Assembly: GCF_009914755.1 (NCBI RefSeq)
Contig: NC_060944.1
Strand: one strand, 5' to 3'
DNA length: 64,000 nt
Origin: the human T2T-CHM13v2.0 reference genome, Homo sapiens
Shown here in pieces: positions 13,113 through 25,655 of this stretch (position 1 is its first letter; each line of letters starts with the position of its first letter). Position numbers and translations under genes: made by a program. The notes beneath the pieces are model-generated. The model saw nothing but the letters and a program-made list of their open reading frames with translations, ran no database searches and had not been told where the DNA came from.

Positions 13113-15416
13113 AAGTAAGGGGATAGTATACTCACACTAATCAAAAGGATACTGGAGTAGCTATTAATATATTCATTTTAGACAAAGCGGACTTTAGAAT
13201 AAGAAAGAGTATCAGAACTAATGAGGGTCATTCTATAATTATAAAGGAGTCAATTATCCAAGTAGTCATAATCATCTTAAGCTCCTAACAACAAGTGTCA
13301 AAATTCATGACATGAAATAGACAGAACTGAAAAGAGAAATAGGCAAATCCACAATTACAGTTGGAGACTTCAATACCCCTCTTTCAGTAATTAATAGATC
13401 AAACAGGCAGAAAATCAGTAAGGATACAGATGACCTGCACAGCACTATTAATTAACTTGATCTAATTAACATTTATAGAGTATTTCATCCAATAACAGCG
13501 GAATGCACATTCTTCTCAAACACTCATGGAATGTTCACCAAGACAGACCACATTCAGGACCATCAAACACACCTTCACAAATTAAAAAGAATAGAAATCA
13601 TACAAATTACGTTCTTAGATCACAAAGGAATTAAACTAGAAATCAAAAACAGAAAGCTGACTATAGTAGGAAATTAAACAGTACACCTTTAAATAAACCA
13701 TGGTTCAAAAAAGAAGTCTCAAGAGAAATTAGAAAATATTTTGAACTAAATGAAAATAAAAATTAGAAAACTTTGTGTTATTTAGCTAATGTAGTGCATA
13801 AAAGGAAATTTATAGCATCCAATGTGTGTTAGAAAAGAAGAAATTCCAGAATCAGTAGCCTAAACTTCTACCTTAGTAAACTAAATAAAGAACGGAAAGT
13901 TAAAATTGAGACAATAGGAGAAAGAAAATAATAAAAATTAGAGCAGAAATCAGTGATATTAAAAACAGAAAAACAATAGAGAAAAGCAATAAAAGCCAAA
14001 AGCTAGTTCTTTATAAATATTAATAAAATTGATAAGCCCCTAGCCACGCTAACCAAGGAAAAGCAAGTGAGAAGACACAAATTACTAACACAGGAAAAAA
14101 GAGGGGTCATTACCATTGATCCCACAGAAACTGAAACGATGATGAGTTGTTACTGTGGACAACCCTATTCCCATAAATTTGATAATTTAGATCAAATTAG
14201 CCAATTCCTTGAAAGACACAAACTACCAAAACTTACTTAAGGAGAACCAGAGATAACTTAGATTGTTCTATGCCTATTAAACCAATTCATTTGGTAGTTA
14301 AAATCCATCTATAAAAGGAAATAACAGAACAATACGGTTTCATTGATGAAATCTGCCAAACATTTAAGGAAGAAGTAATACCAATTTTATATAATATCTT
14401 CCAGAAGACAAAAGAGAAAGGAACACTTCCCAACTCATTTTATGAGGTTAGAATTACTCTAATGCCAAAATCAGATAAAGACATTAAAAGAAAAAAGAGC
14501 TACAAATATCTCTCATAAACATAACTGTAAAAATCCTTAATAAAGTATCAACAAATTGGATCCAGCAATATTTAAGAAGGATAATAATATATCACAATTA
14601 AATGAGGTTCATTCCAGGAAGAGAAGGCCAGATCAATATTTATAAATCAATCAATGTGTAATACATCATATTAATAGACTAAGAAAAGCATATGATCGCA
14701 TCAATATATACACAAAAAGCATTTGACAAAGTGCATTGCTCATTCAAGATTTTAAAACTCCAAAAATATTAAGAATATAAGGGAAATTTCTTAACCTAAT
14801 AAGGATATATACAAGAAACCAATATGTAGCATCATATTTAATGTAAATGAATGAATGTTTTCCTAATAAAATTGAGAAAAAGATAAGGATGCCCTCCCAC
14901 ATCATTTCTCTTCACCATCATACTGGAAGTCCTAGGTACTGCTAGGAAATGAAATAAATAGTATACAGTTTGAAAAGGAAGGAACAAAACTGTCTTTATT
15001 CATGTATGATGTGGCTGTCTACATAGAAAATCCCAAAAGATCTACCAAACAAACAAAAGAAAAACTTCTGGAACAAATAAGAGAATTTAGCAAGGTCATA
15101 GGACACAAGATTAATATACAAAAGTCAATTACCTTCTTATATGCCAGTAATAAACAAATAGAATTGTAAATTTAATAAACTAAATACCTTTTGAAATAGC
15201 ATCCCCCAAGATGAACTACTGAGATATAAATCAAACAAAATATATACAGCATCTGTATGCAGAGAACTAAAAAACAAAAACAAAAGAAATCAAAGATCTA
15301 AATCATGGAGAGAATGAAGAGACAACTATGGAATGGAAGAACATCCTGCATTTATAAACCATACATCTCATAAGGGGTTAATATTCAAAACGTATAAGAA
15401 ACTCAAACAACTAAAT

Positions 15417-15649
<233 letters not shown>

Positions 15650-16123
15650 TTACATGGGATGGCAAAGTACAGAACAGCCAACAATATTGTGAAAAACAAC
15701 CAAGTTGGAGGACTCACACTGCCCGATTTTAAGACTTACTATAAAACTACAGTAATCAAAGACAGTGTGGTCAAAAATACAGACACATAGATCAATGGAA
15801 CAGAATGGAAGGCCCAGAAAGCTATCCACACAAATACAGTCAACTCATTTTTGACAAAGATGCTGGAACAGTTAGATGTTTATAGACAAAGAAAAAAATC
15901 CTTAACATAGGCCTTACAGCTTACATGAAAATTAATATGAAGTCAAAATAGATCATAGACTTAACATATAACACAAAACAATAAAACTGCTAGAAGAAAG
16001 CATAGGAGAAATCTACTTGACTTTGGATGTGCTGACAAGTTTTTAGATACAATACCAAAAACATAATTTTAAAAGATTGATAGTTGAACTTTATTAAACT
16101 TTAGCTCTATAAAAGGCACTGTT

Positions 16124-16425
16124 GGCCAGGTGTGGTGGTTTAGGCCTGCAATCCCAGCACTTTGGGAGGCTGAGTCATGCGCATAATCACTTGAGGTCAG
16201 GAGTTCGAGACCAGCCTGGCTAACATGGTGAAACCCCAACTCTACTAAAAAAACACAAAAATTAGCTGGGCGTGGTAGCACGTGCCTGTAGACCCAGCTA
16301 CTTAGGAGGATGAGGCAGGAGAATCACTTGCACCCGGGAGGTGGAGGCTGCAGTGAGCTGAGATCCCACCATTGCCCTCCATTGCCTAGGTGACAGAGTG
16401 AGGCTCCATCTTAAGAAAAAAAAAA
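16124..16425 (+). mobile_element. AluSz/Sx
   Basis: Full dimer; degenerate TSD aaaaggcactgtt / aaaagcctgtt. Confidence 0.95.
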
Positions 16426-16449
16426 GCCTGTTAAGAGGATGAAAAGAGC

Positions 16450-16748
16450 AGCCAGGCATTGACTGTGGTGCCTCACGCCTATAATCCCAGTGCTTTTGGA
16501 GGCTGAGGTGGAAGGATTGCTTGAATTCAGGTGTTCAAGACCAGCCTGGACAACATAGCAAGACCCCGCCTCTAAAAAAAAATTAGCTGGGCATTGTAGA
16601 ATACCTGTAGTCCCACCTATTCAGGAGACTGTGGTAGGAGGATTGTTTGAGCCCAAGAGTTTGAGGCTACAGTGAGCTATGATTATGCCACTGCATTCCA
16701 ACCTGGGTGACAGAACAAGACCCTGTCACTAAAAAGAAAAAAAAAAAA
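16450..16748 (+). mobile_element. AluJ
   Basis: J diagnostics (ggattgcttga, caacatagcaagaccc, gagctatgat); TSD-like aggatgaaaaga. Confidence 0.93.
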
Positions 16749-16811
16749 GGATGAAAAGATAAGACACAGGATGGGAGTAAATATTTGCAAATCACATAGC
16801 TAATGAAAGAT

Positions 16812-17201
16812 TGTATTAGTCAGGGCTTCTCAGAGAATCAGAACTTTTAATTCCAAAGGCCAGGGGCCTGAGGGGAGGGTACCAGCTATTATAGGACCCA
16901 GAGTTTGAAGACCTAAGAACCAGGAGAACTCTGATGTCGAAGAAGAAAAGAAGGATGCTCAGCTCAAGGAAAGAGAGAGAATTTGCACTCTCTCTGCCTT
17001 TCTGATCTATTCAGACCCTCAATGGATTAGATAATGTCCATCTACATTGCTGAGGGCAAAGTTCTTTACCTAGTGTACTGATTCAAATGCTAATCTCATC
17101 CGGAAACAATCTCACAGACACACCAAGAAATAGTTTTACCAGCTATCTGGGCATCCCTTGTGATAGCCCAGAGAAGTTGACACATAAAATTAACCATCCC
17201 A
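16812..17201 (-). mobile_element. MLT2 (ERVL) solo LTR, internally deleted
   Basis: 'tgtattagtcaggg...gttgacacataaaattaaccatccca' with 5-bp TSD AAGAT. Confidence 0.88.
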
Positions 17202-17828
17202 AAGATCATATCCAGAATATGCAAACAATGTCTAAAACTCAACAATAAGAAAGCAAACATCTACATTAAAAAATGGGCACAAGATATGAACAGACATCTC
17301 ACCAAAGAATGTATACAAATGGCAAATAAGCATTTGAAGAAATGATCATTCGTCATTATAGAAATGCAAATTAAAACAACTACTACACACCTATAAAAAT
17401 AGCTAAATTACAACCAACTGGCAATACCAGTGCTGATGAAGATGCAGAGCAACAGAAACTGTCACTCATTGCTAGTGGGAATGAAAAATGGTACTTTGGA
17501 AGTACGGTTTGGAAGTTTGGCAGTTTCTTATAAAGTTAAACATTGATTTACCATACAATCTAGAAATTATGTCCCTAGGTATTTACTCAACTGATAAGGA
17601 ATCTTATGTCTACACAAAAACCTGCACACAATGTTTATAGCAGCTTTATTCATAATAAAGCCAGATGCAACTAAGATGTCCTTTAATAGGTGAATGGATA
17701 AACAAACAGTGGAACAGTCATACTATGGAACATTATTCGGAGATAAAAGGAACTGTTAATTCACACAACAATATGGATGAATCTTAAGTGCATATTGCTA
17801 AATGAAAGAAGCCAGTTTCCAAATGTTT

Positions 17829-17873
<45 letters not shown>

Positions 17874-17909
17874 GTATATACATATATACATATACGTATA
17901 TATATATAT
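17829..17909. repeat. (TA)n(TG)n(TA/CA)n compound microsatellite
   Basis: Seen directly. Confidence 0.9.
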
Positions 17910-18183
17910 GATAATTCCGTTTATATGATTTCTTTAAAAAAGCAAATGATAGAGATGGGAAATAGATCAGTGGTTGCCAGAGGACTGAGAAGAAGGAGAC
18001 AGGTGGCTAAGTGAAGCACAGTGGATATTTTACAGCCATGAAACTATTCTGTGTGGTACTGTAGTGATTGATATATCTGCTAAGGGCTTGATATCTAGAA
18101 CATATAAAGAGGTCCTACACTATCCATTTGTCACTATGCATTTGTCAAAACCATAGAATTTTACAGCACAAAAAGTAAACCTT

Positions 18184-18480
18184 GGCCGGGAGCGGTGGCT
18201 CACACCTGTAATCCCAGCACTTTGGGAGGCCGAGGCAAGTGGATCACCTGAGGTCGGGAGTTCGAGAGCAGCCTGACCAACATGGAGAAACCCCATCTCT
18301 ACTAAAAATACAAAATTAGCTGGGTGTGGTGGTGCATGCCTGCAATCCCAGCTACTCGGGCGGCTGAGGAGGAGAATCGCTTGAACCCGGGAGGCGGAGG
18401 TTCCGGTGAGCCAAGATTGCGCCATTGCGCGACCTTGCAACAAGAGGGAAACTACATCTCAAAAAAAAAAAAAAAAAAAA
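18184..18480 (+). mobile_element. AluSp
   Basis: Diagnostics gaggtcgggag and cctgaccaacatggagaaac; TSD AAAAAGTAAACCTT. Confidence 0.95.
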
Positions 18481-19814
18481 GTAAACCTTAATGTATGCCA
18501 ATTTTTAAAAATCTACTAGGAGGATGGGGAATCACAGGATAAAATGCAGATGATGGCAACAGAATCTAATTGTATTACAAACGTACGAGGGATCTCATTG
18601 AAGGGCATGGAGACTAGAGGTGCTGACCTAAACAACTTTGGAAATGACTGGAAACAAGAAGACTCAAGATGAAAAGAGCTGTCCATAAGCACTGCCCTCC
18701 AGTTGGTAGAGCTGTGTCTCACAGGGGTATGGTTTGACAATTCTGAAACCCCAGTACATGTGTACTAACATTGAACAATTAAGTAAATGGATGGCAGATG
18801 GTAGGAGCCAGGTTTTTCACTGCTGAAGTGGGAGGTTATAGATAAGCAAAGGGAGAAGGATAGAATGAACTGTATGAATGTGTTAGAGTCAGAGACGGTA
18901 GCATGAGCTCATGTTTAACTTAATATAGATACCAATGATAGATACAGAATCATTACAGTTATGTGAATACACGGGCTAGGATACATACATGTATTTCCTA
19001 GCTCTGCCCCCTGGTAGTGGGTCCCCAATAGCAACATGCAAACCCACCATCCAGATCTGTTTCTAAGAACATTCTCCAGTGAAAGGAACCGGGCTCCCTG
19101 GAGAAACGGCTGATTCTAGGGCTGGGAAGAAAATATGCAAGATGAGTCTGGAGCAGCTTTAGTGCCAGAAAGTAAGGAAGGGCTCAAAAACATAACAAAA
19201 AATTATGGCAAAGGGAAACAGGAGCCAATAGAGAGAGCTCCCAGGCGCCAAAACTGGAACAATTTAAGCAACAATATAAATAACATAGTATTGGATTATA
19301 ATGAAAAGTACAAAATAAATATCCATGAGTGCACACGGATAGAATAAATGACTGAATAAACCAGTAGCAGAAGAATTCCAAATAACTTATTACATACTGC
19401 CCCCTCAAGGAAGTGAAGCATAACTCCCCATCCCTTAAGTGGAGGCTGTGCATAGCGGCTATTCTGTGAGGCTATTCTCATTATTAGACTGGGGTTATTA
19501 TTAGACTGGTTTGGGGGAGGAAAACCACAGAGGTACAGTGTCATTCTCAAAAAGTTATATCAAGAAAATATGCTATCAATATCAATATCACTTAATGTCA
19601 ACCCTGATGGCCTAGTTAATTATTTGATCAGTCTTCTGTTGAAATTATTGTTGTTGTTAATTATTATTGTTGTTAATTATTTGATCAGTCTTCTGTTGAT
19701 GAGCCTTGAGGCTTGAGGTAACGTCTGTCAGGTAATGGCAAAGGTAATGTTTATATCCAAAGGTAATGTTATCACCATAATGCTAACTATAACATTATAA
19801 ATATATTTTTAAAT

Positions 19815-20270
19815 GGCCACAATACCTCAGGGCCCTTGCATCATACTCTGCCGTGTGACTTTGCTGCGCCTCCCTGGGAGAAGTGATTTCTATTTCCCCA
19901 CCTCTTGAATCTGGGCTGGCTTGTGACATGTTTGCACCAACAGAATGTAATGGATGTAAATTCACACCAGTTATACAGTCTCAGGAGGCACTGCATGTTA
20001 TCAGATGTTGACGGACACATAGCCTGAACACCCCTCTAACCCTAGCTGATAGCCAGTCAACTACCAGACATGTGATTTAGACCATCCTAAATAAACCAGC
20101 CCCAGCTGACCCACCCTTTCTGATCCCAGACACAAGGAGCAAATGCAAAGTTAGCTGAGCTTGGCCCAGATCAGCAGTGCTACCCAGCTGACCCACATGA
20201 GCAATACCAAAAGCTTTCTATTTAAAGCCACTGAATTTCGGAGTGGTTTGTTATACCGCAATAGCTATGT
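19815..20270 (+). mobile_element. MLT1H/I-like LTR
   Basis: 'cctcttgaatctgggctggcttgtgac...tttaaagccactgaatttcggagtggtttgttata...caatagcta'. Confidence 0.75.
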
Positions 20271-20339
20271 GCCTCACTGGCACCTAGGCATAACAATGCA
20301 TGTAGGTGCTTATTTGTTGTAACACACTGTGATTACAGA

Positions 20340-20730
20340 AGATTAGAAGCAGCCTCAAGGCTCATCAATAGAACACTGATCAAATAATTACAGGAGAGCC
20401 AAACAATGGAATATTATGCAGCTGTTCAAAAGAACGAGGCAGCCCTATGTGAATCAACATGGAACAAACTCCATGATGTATTTTTAAGCGAAGCAGCAAG
20501 AGGCAGAAGAGTATACAGAGCAAGCTACTATTGATCCTGTAAAATACTTGCATTTGCATGGACTGTCTCCGGGTGGGTACACAGAAACATGTAACAATGG
20601 CTGTCTCTAGGAAGGGGAACTGGGTGCCTGGGGAACAAGAGTGGAAGCGAGACTTCCTTTTCACGCTATCCTCTTTTTTATCTTTTGAATCGTGTAAATG
20701 TGTTATCCATTCAAAAATAAATAAAACCAG
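20340..20730 (+). mobile_element. L1ME3/4-like 3' end
   Basis: 'caatggaatattatgcagctgttcaaaagaa...ttcaaaaataaataaaa'. Confidence 0.75.
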
Positions 20731-20941
20731 AATGTAAAAACTCCTATGCCTTTCAAATGCAGAGAGCCTTATTATTCTCTTTCCAAGACTCCCAAGATCC
20801 ACCGGGACCAAAAAACAGCAGTCAGGGAACAATTCCGATTTTCCCTCCTCTCTCCCCCACAGCCCCCACCCGCGCAGAGCGAAGCTGGCTTCTCCGGTAA
20901 ACCCCTGCTTGTGAGTTGCGCCCAGGCGACACTACCTCGCC

Positions 20942-20958
20942 TGCCACCGGAGGGCAGC
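20942..20958 (+). promoter_or_regulatory. Candidate CTCF site
   Basis: CCACCGGAGGGCAG has one mismatch to the core CCASYAGRKGGCRS. Confidence 0.5.
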
Positions 20959-21369
20959 GCGAGGCTTCCTTCCCGGGGAGGAACTGCGGCGAGACGGTGG
21001 TCGGCCCTGAATAGCAAGCTGGCTCCTAGATCAAAGGCTCTGGCATTCCGTTTTTGCGTGCATGTTTGTTTGTTTTCTTTCTTTCTTCTTCCTCTTCTTT
21101 ATTTTTTTAAAGGTCTCGACCCAAGAACCCCATTCCAGGCAGTAGGTTCGCCAGCCATTGCTTGTGCGTCTTCGCGGAGAGAGAGGGGGGAGATGCCCCG
21201 GCGCTCCTTACCCGGCTGGATAAGACCCTTTGGGGAACTTGCTGCTTCGCAAGTCTTACTTGTGAGGACCCGGAGGGTTTGCCTTTGACCCCGCCTGTGA
21301 CCTTAAGAAAACCCCTTTCTACCCTGCGCCTGTCCCACAGCTGGAAGTGATAATTTTAAGAATGAATTA

Positions 21370-21552
21370 AGCACTCGGTGTGTGACACTGCGGCACTAAG
21401 CACTTTCTGGACTGTGTTAGGCCCCATTTTACAGACGGGGAAGCTGAGGCCTCCAGAGGCGGAGTAACCTGCTCATGGTTACAAAGCTGGTCAGCGGCGG
21501 GCAGGATTTGAATCCAGGGTTCCCGGTTCCTAATCCTCTGCTTTTACCACTT
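21370..21552 (-). mobile_element. MIR within the CpG island
   Basis: 'cccattttacagacggggaagctgaggc...caggatttgaatccagg'. Confidence 0.85.
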
Positions 21553-22756
21553 AATTTATCCTGCCTCCAAGGGCTGCTGGGAAAAAGGCGGATTTCAAAG
21601 GAGAAGCAGCTAAGGAAAAGCTCTGGAAAGGGCCAACGGAGCGGATATTCCCGGAGCCCCTCTGCGAGCCACGCGCCCCTCTGGGAAGCCCGCTTCCCCC
21701 TGCAGACAGGCGCTGTGACACGCTTGCGCCCCGGTCGAACAGGCGAAGAGGCCGAGGCCCAGAGCGGCGCAGGGCGAGCCTGGAGGCTGCGCCCCAGACC
21801 TGGACCAGCCACGGACGCCGCTCCCGCCGCTCCCTCCGCTCCGCTGCGCTCCGCACGCTGGCGCCGGCTCCCCGAGGCCCCGGGCGCCCCGGCCGCACGC
21901 CTGGGTAAAAGGTCCCGAGGAGTCCGCAGAAGCGCGCCCACGCCCGAGACGGCCGTTTCCGCCGGCCTGGGAAAGGGGCGGAGAAGGGGGTCGCCCGGGC
22001 CGCAGCGTGCCGGTCCCCGCCGGCCGAGCCGTGTTTGGGGCCAGTCCCCGCACCCCGCTTCTTCCCCACCTGGGGAGCGGGGCGCCGCGGTAGGGGCACT
22101 GGAGCGCACGATGCACCCCGCCAACGAGTCCTTTCTGCAGACGGGGTTCCTGTTTTCATGCAAATGCCTTTGTTAGCGCACCGGGAACCAGGGGGACGGA
22201 ACTGCAGCTGACGCGGGCTGCGCGCCGCTTTTCCGCCTTCGCTTGATTCGGCCTCAACGACTTAAACGCGCCGGGAACAAAAACGCCGGCGCCGCGGAAA
22301 CCCTCAGGAGCGGCACGAGAAGCGCGGCTCCGCTGGGGTCCGCGAGAAGCGGTGCGGGCGGCCGGGCTGGTGCCTGCAGGCCCTCTCACCGCATCACCAA
22401 GGGCAAGGAACCTCCAACTGTCCCTCAGTTTCTCTACCTGCACTGGGATGTCCTACATAAGGAGTCAGCTCAGTGCCCGCATCTTGCTGTAATTATTTTG
22501 TCCAAGCACTGTGGGAGGCAGCGTTGAGGAGGCTGTTGTGGGGAGTTTGCCTGTCAGAGAGAAGAGGGAAATAAACAAGAAACATACAGACAAAATAATT
22601 TCAAATAGCAACAAGTGTTAATATCGTAGCAAACACCAATGCAGCGCTTATGCCAGGCTCTGCTCTATGCTATATGCACATTAGGTCATGTAATCCTCAC
22701 TCCCTTGTACAGATAGGAAAATGCTGGTTGAATAATCTATTGAAGGGAAATAGGAA

Positions 22757-22842
22757 GTTGAACAATATGTGGAGAAACAGGTTGCACGATATGTGGAGAA
22801 ACAACAGGTTGCACGATATGTGGGGAACCAGGTTGAACAATA
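22757..22842 (+). repeat. ~24-27-bp tandem repeat, about 3.5 copies, inside a MIR
   Basis: gttgaacaatatgtggagaaacag / gttgcacgatatgtggagaaacaacag / gttgcacgatatgtggggaaccag / gttgaacaata. Confidence 0.85.
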
Positions 22843-24719
22843 GCCTCAAGTGCGCAGTAGGTAGGCTCGGCACTTGAGAATATTGGGCCCAGCCTGGGTT
22901 TCGACCCAGCCAGTCCAGCCCCAAGTGGAAGCTTTTGCACACTCCATTACACCAGTTTTGGCTGTACTAGGAAGGATGTAAAGTGGTGACACGCCCAAGA
23001 GAGAGCTGGGGCTAGACAGGAGCTGCTCCTAAAAGGATGTCAATGGACGTCTCTGTGCAAGAGAGTAAGCTGAGGCCTGCACAGTGAGAGGAACTAGCCA
23101 TGCAAAGAGCTGGGCGTGTCCAGCAGAGAAAACAGCAAGGGCAAAGGCCTTGAGGTGGGAGAGTAGATGTGGGGTTTCATGAACATAAGGATGGAACTCA
23201 GTGAGCAGTAGTAAGGAGACTGGAGATGGTCAGCAGCTGGGGGTAGCAGGCTTTGCAGGTCTCGGCAAGGAGCTGGACTTTTATTCTAGGTGTGATGGGA
23301 AGTTGTGTTGTTATGGCCACTGAAGGAGTTGCGTGGATGGAGTTGGACCAGAGGGTGGGTGCCCTTCCTGCCTTGCCAGCCTTAGGTTCAAGGAGGAAGT
23401 TGACTGCTCAGGCCTTAAGCTTGCCCCTCCTCATCTGACCTCCTGGCTTCTAGGACATTCCTGAGGACGTACACCAAGTCTCCAACATTACCTGATGTCA
23501 GATCAGGTAAGCCCTCATCTTATAGATAGGGCTAAGACTGAGGCCCTGACTTCAGGGATGTGTCTTCACCTTTGAGTAGGAGAAGCAGGGGTGGTATCTG
23601 CTTCATCTACTCATGTACCTGCAGCACCTAGCACAGGCTGACCAGCCCATCCTTGGACCCAGGCAAGCGGGGCTCTGCCCTGGCCAGCCTCCAGCTGCGT
23701 ACATCCCCACAGGCTAGAGAGTCTGCAGTGCCAAGGGGATATACCCATCCAAGTCTTTGCTCCTTGTCTAGAATACTACAGATTCCTAGGATTCCTGAGC
23801 TCCCTACCTAAAAGTCCCAAGCCTGCTGCCAGGCCTCTTCCTGGTCTATTGTCTGGAGGCAGAACACTAAGCCCAGGGTGTAGCCAAGGGGCACTGCAGA
23901 GGATAGGGTGTGGATGGAGATTGGACCTGCAGCCTGGGATGTCTACACACATGCAGGTGAGGTGTGCACGGTACAGGATGGAGCTGGGGATGAGAAGGGA
24001 AGGTGGCAGTTTATAGGCTGGGAAATGAGCGACCAGGGAATGGGGCTGGCTCTCCCCAGCACCGCCACATTTCAGTGCGAGTATCTAAGAAATCCAAATC
24101 AATCCTGGCCTTTCAGGCTGCTGAGAAGTTATACTTACTGAGGAGAAGGATAGAACATTTAAGAGAAGGTATTGGTCTGATTTATAATTTTTAAATATTT
24201 AGATTTAAGGGTGAGTGGACACCAGCCTCCACCAATATCAAGAGTGTGTTTGGCCTAGACCCTAGGAGATATTCAATATTTATCAAATAGATGGATGAAT
24301 CTCATTTAATTTAATCCTCACACAGACTCAACGGAGGGAAATCACATCGTCTGTGCTTTATTGATGAGGGAACTAAGGCTTGGAGAGATTTAATGACTGG
24401 CCTATTTGTCAAGTTAGAAGTTTGTCTAGCAGAGCTGAGAGCCTCAAGCCCTAACGTGTCTGATTCCAAAATCCATTGCAATTGGTTCATGACAAGTTCA
24501 CTCCCATTATGACCACATTAAATATATTATAACTGTTGGAGCATGTCACTCGCTGATCTTTGGGAACATAAGCACTGTTTATATTACATGAAAAAGGCCT
24601 TCTCTTCTTCATTCTTACTCTACCCTCTCAGGCACCTTTGGGAAGTAGTAAGACAGGAGCTAATGCTCCATTTAACAAATGGAAAACTGAGGACTGAGCA
24701 ATAGCCCAAGGTGTCAACG

Positions 24720-25655
24720 AGGCTTAAACAAATAGGGATTTTTTTTTTTTTTTTCATGTAGCAAGAAATCCGGAGGTAGCTGGGCAAGGGCTGGTATAAT
24801 TTTTGCATTATTTTCAGCAAACAACTTCTGCCTCTTGGTCTCTTCTGGCTATTTATTGCTACAGCATAACAAACTGCCCCCAAACAACAACCATTGTATC
24901 GTCTACAGTTTTGTGAGTCAGAAATTTGCGCAGGGCTCAGCTGGGTGATCCTTCAGTGATCCATGGAGCGCCGACTAGAGTCACTCAGTGATCTTCAGCT
25001 GCTGATTGTGCTATGCTGGAGGATCGAGATGGTTTCACTCAGGTTCCTGGTGCTTTCGTGGGGATGGCTGGAACACTGAGCTCAGCTGGGTCCGTCTGCC
25101 TCTCCATGGAATCCCAGGGCTTCTCCAGGTGGGTGTCTCCAGCAGAGTAGTTTGACCTTTTTCATGGCAGCTCATGGCTCCCAGAGGCCATAGCAGAAAC
25201 TGCCAGTCCTCCTAGAGGTTAGGCCTGGAGTGGGCGTGACATCATTTCCACCATACTCTATTGATCAAAGAAGTCACAGGTCAGCCCAGATTTAAGTACA
25301 GGGGAAATTGACTCCTCTCAAAGGGAGGAGGATCAAAGAATCCACAGCCATCTTTAAATTATCACATGGTCCGAGCTGCTTGAGATGTAGTCATCATGTC
25401 TCAAATTCCAGAAAGTGTGGAGGACTGGTGGAGGAAGGTGTTTACCTTCCCTTTTAAGACATTTTCTGGAAGTCACACACAACATTTTCCATTGGCCAGA
25501 ACTTACATGGGCATACCTAGGATATGGAAGGGAAACTGGAAACTGTAATCTTTATTGCAGGAGGCAAGCCATGTATTCTGATGAAAATTAGGGATTTTGT
25601 TGACTAAGGAAGAAGGGGAGCATGGGTATTGAGGACCAACTAAAATCTATTCCAT
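24720..25655 (-). mobile_element. MLT1J-like LTR with an MLT1H-like LTR (~24848-25365) nested inside
   Basis: Inner 'gcataacaaactgccccaaac...ccatctttaaattatcaca'; outer 'ggcttaaacaaatagg...ccattggccagaact...aaggaagaagggga'. Confidence 0.7.

Larger units (their letters stand above)
20800..22400. promoter_or_regulatory. CpG island (core ~21640-22400), putative promoter/enhancer
   Basis: Very high GC and CpG density against a CpG-depleted background; GC box GGGGCGGAG ~21975; octamer at 22158; no coding exon recognised. Confidence 0.85.

Noticed and set aside
21800-21822. REST/RE1-like 'ccacggacgccgc'
   Set aside because: Only a partial right half-site; the TCAGCACC left half is absent.
21429-22176. 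Overlapping 168-244 aa ORFs on both strands in the CpG island
   Set aside because: Arg/Pro/Gly/Ala-rich and open in several frames because GC-rich DNA lacks stops; the + ORF starts inside a MIR; no recognisable domain.
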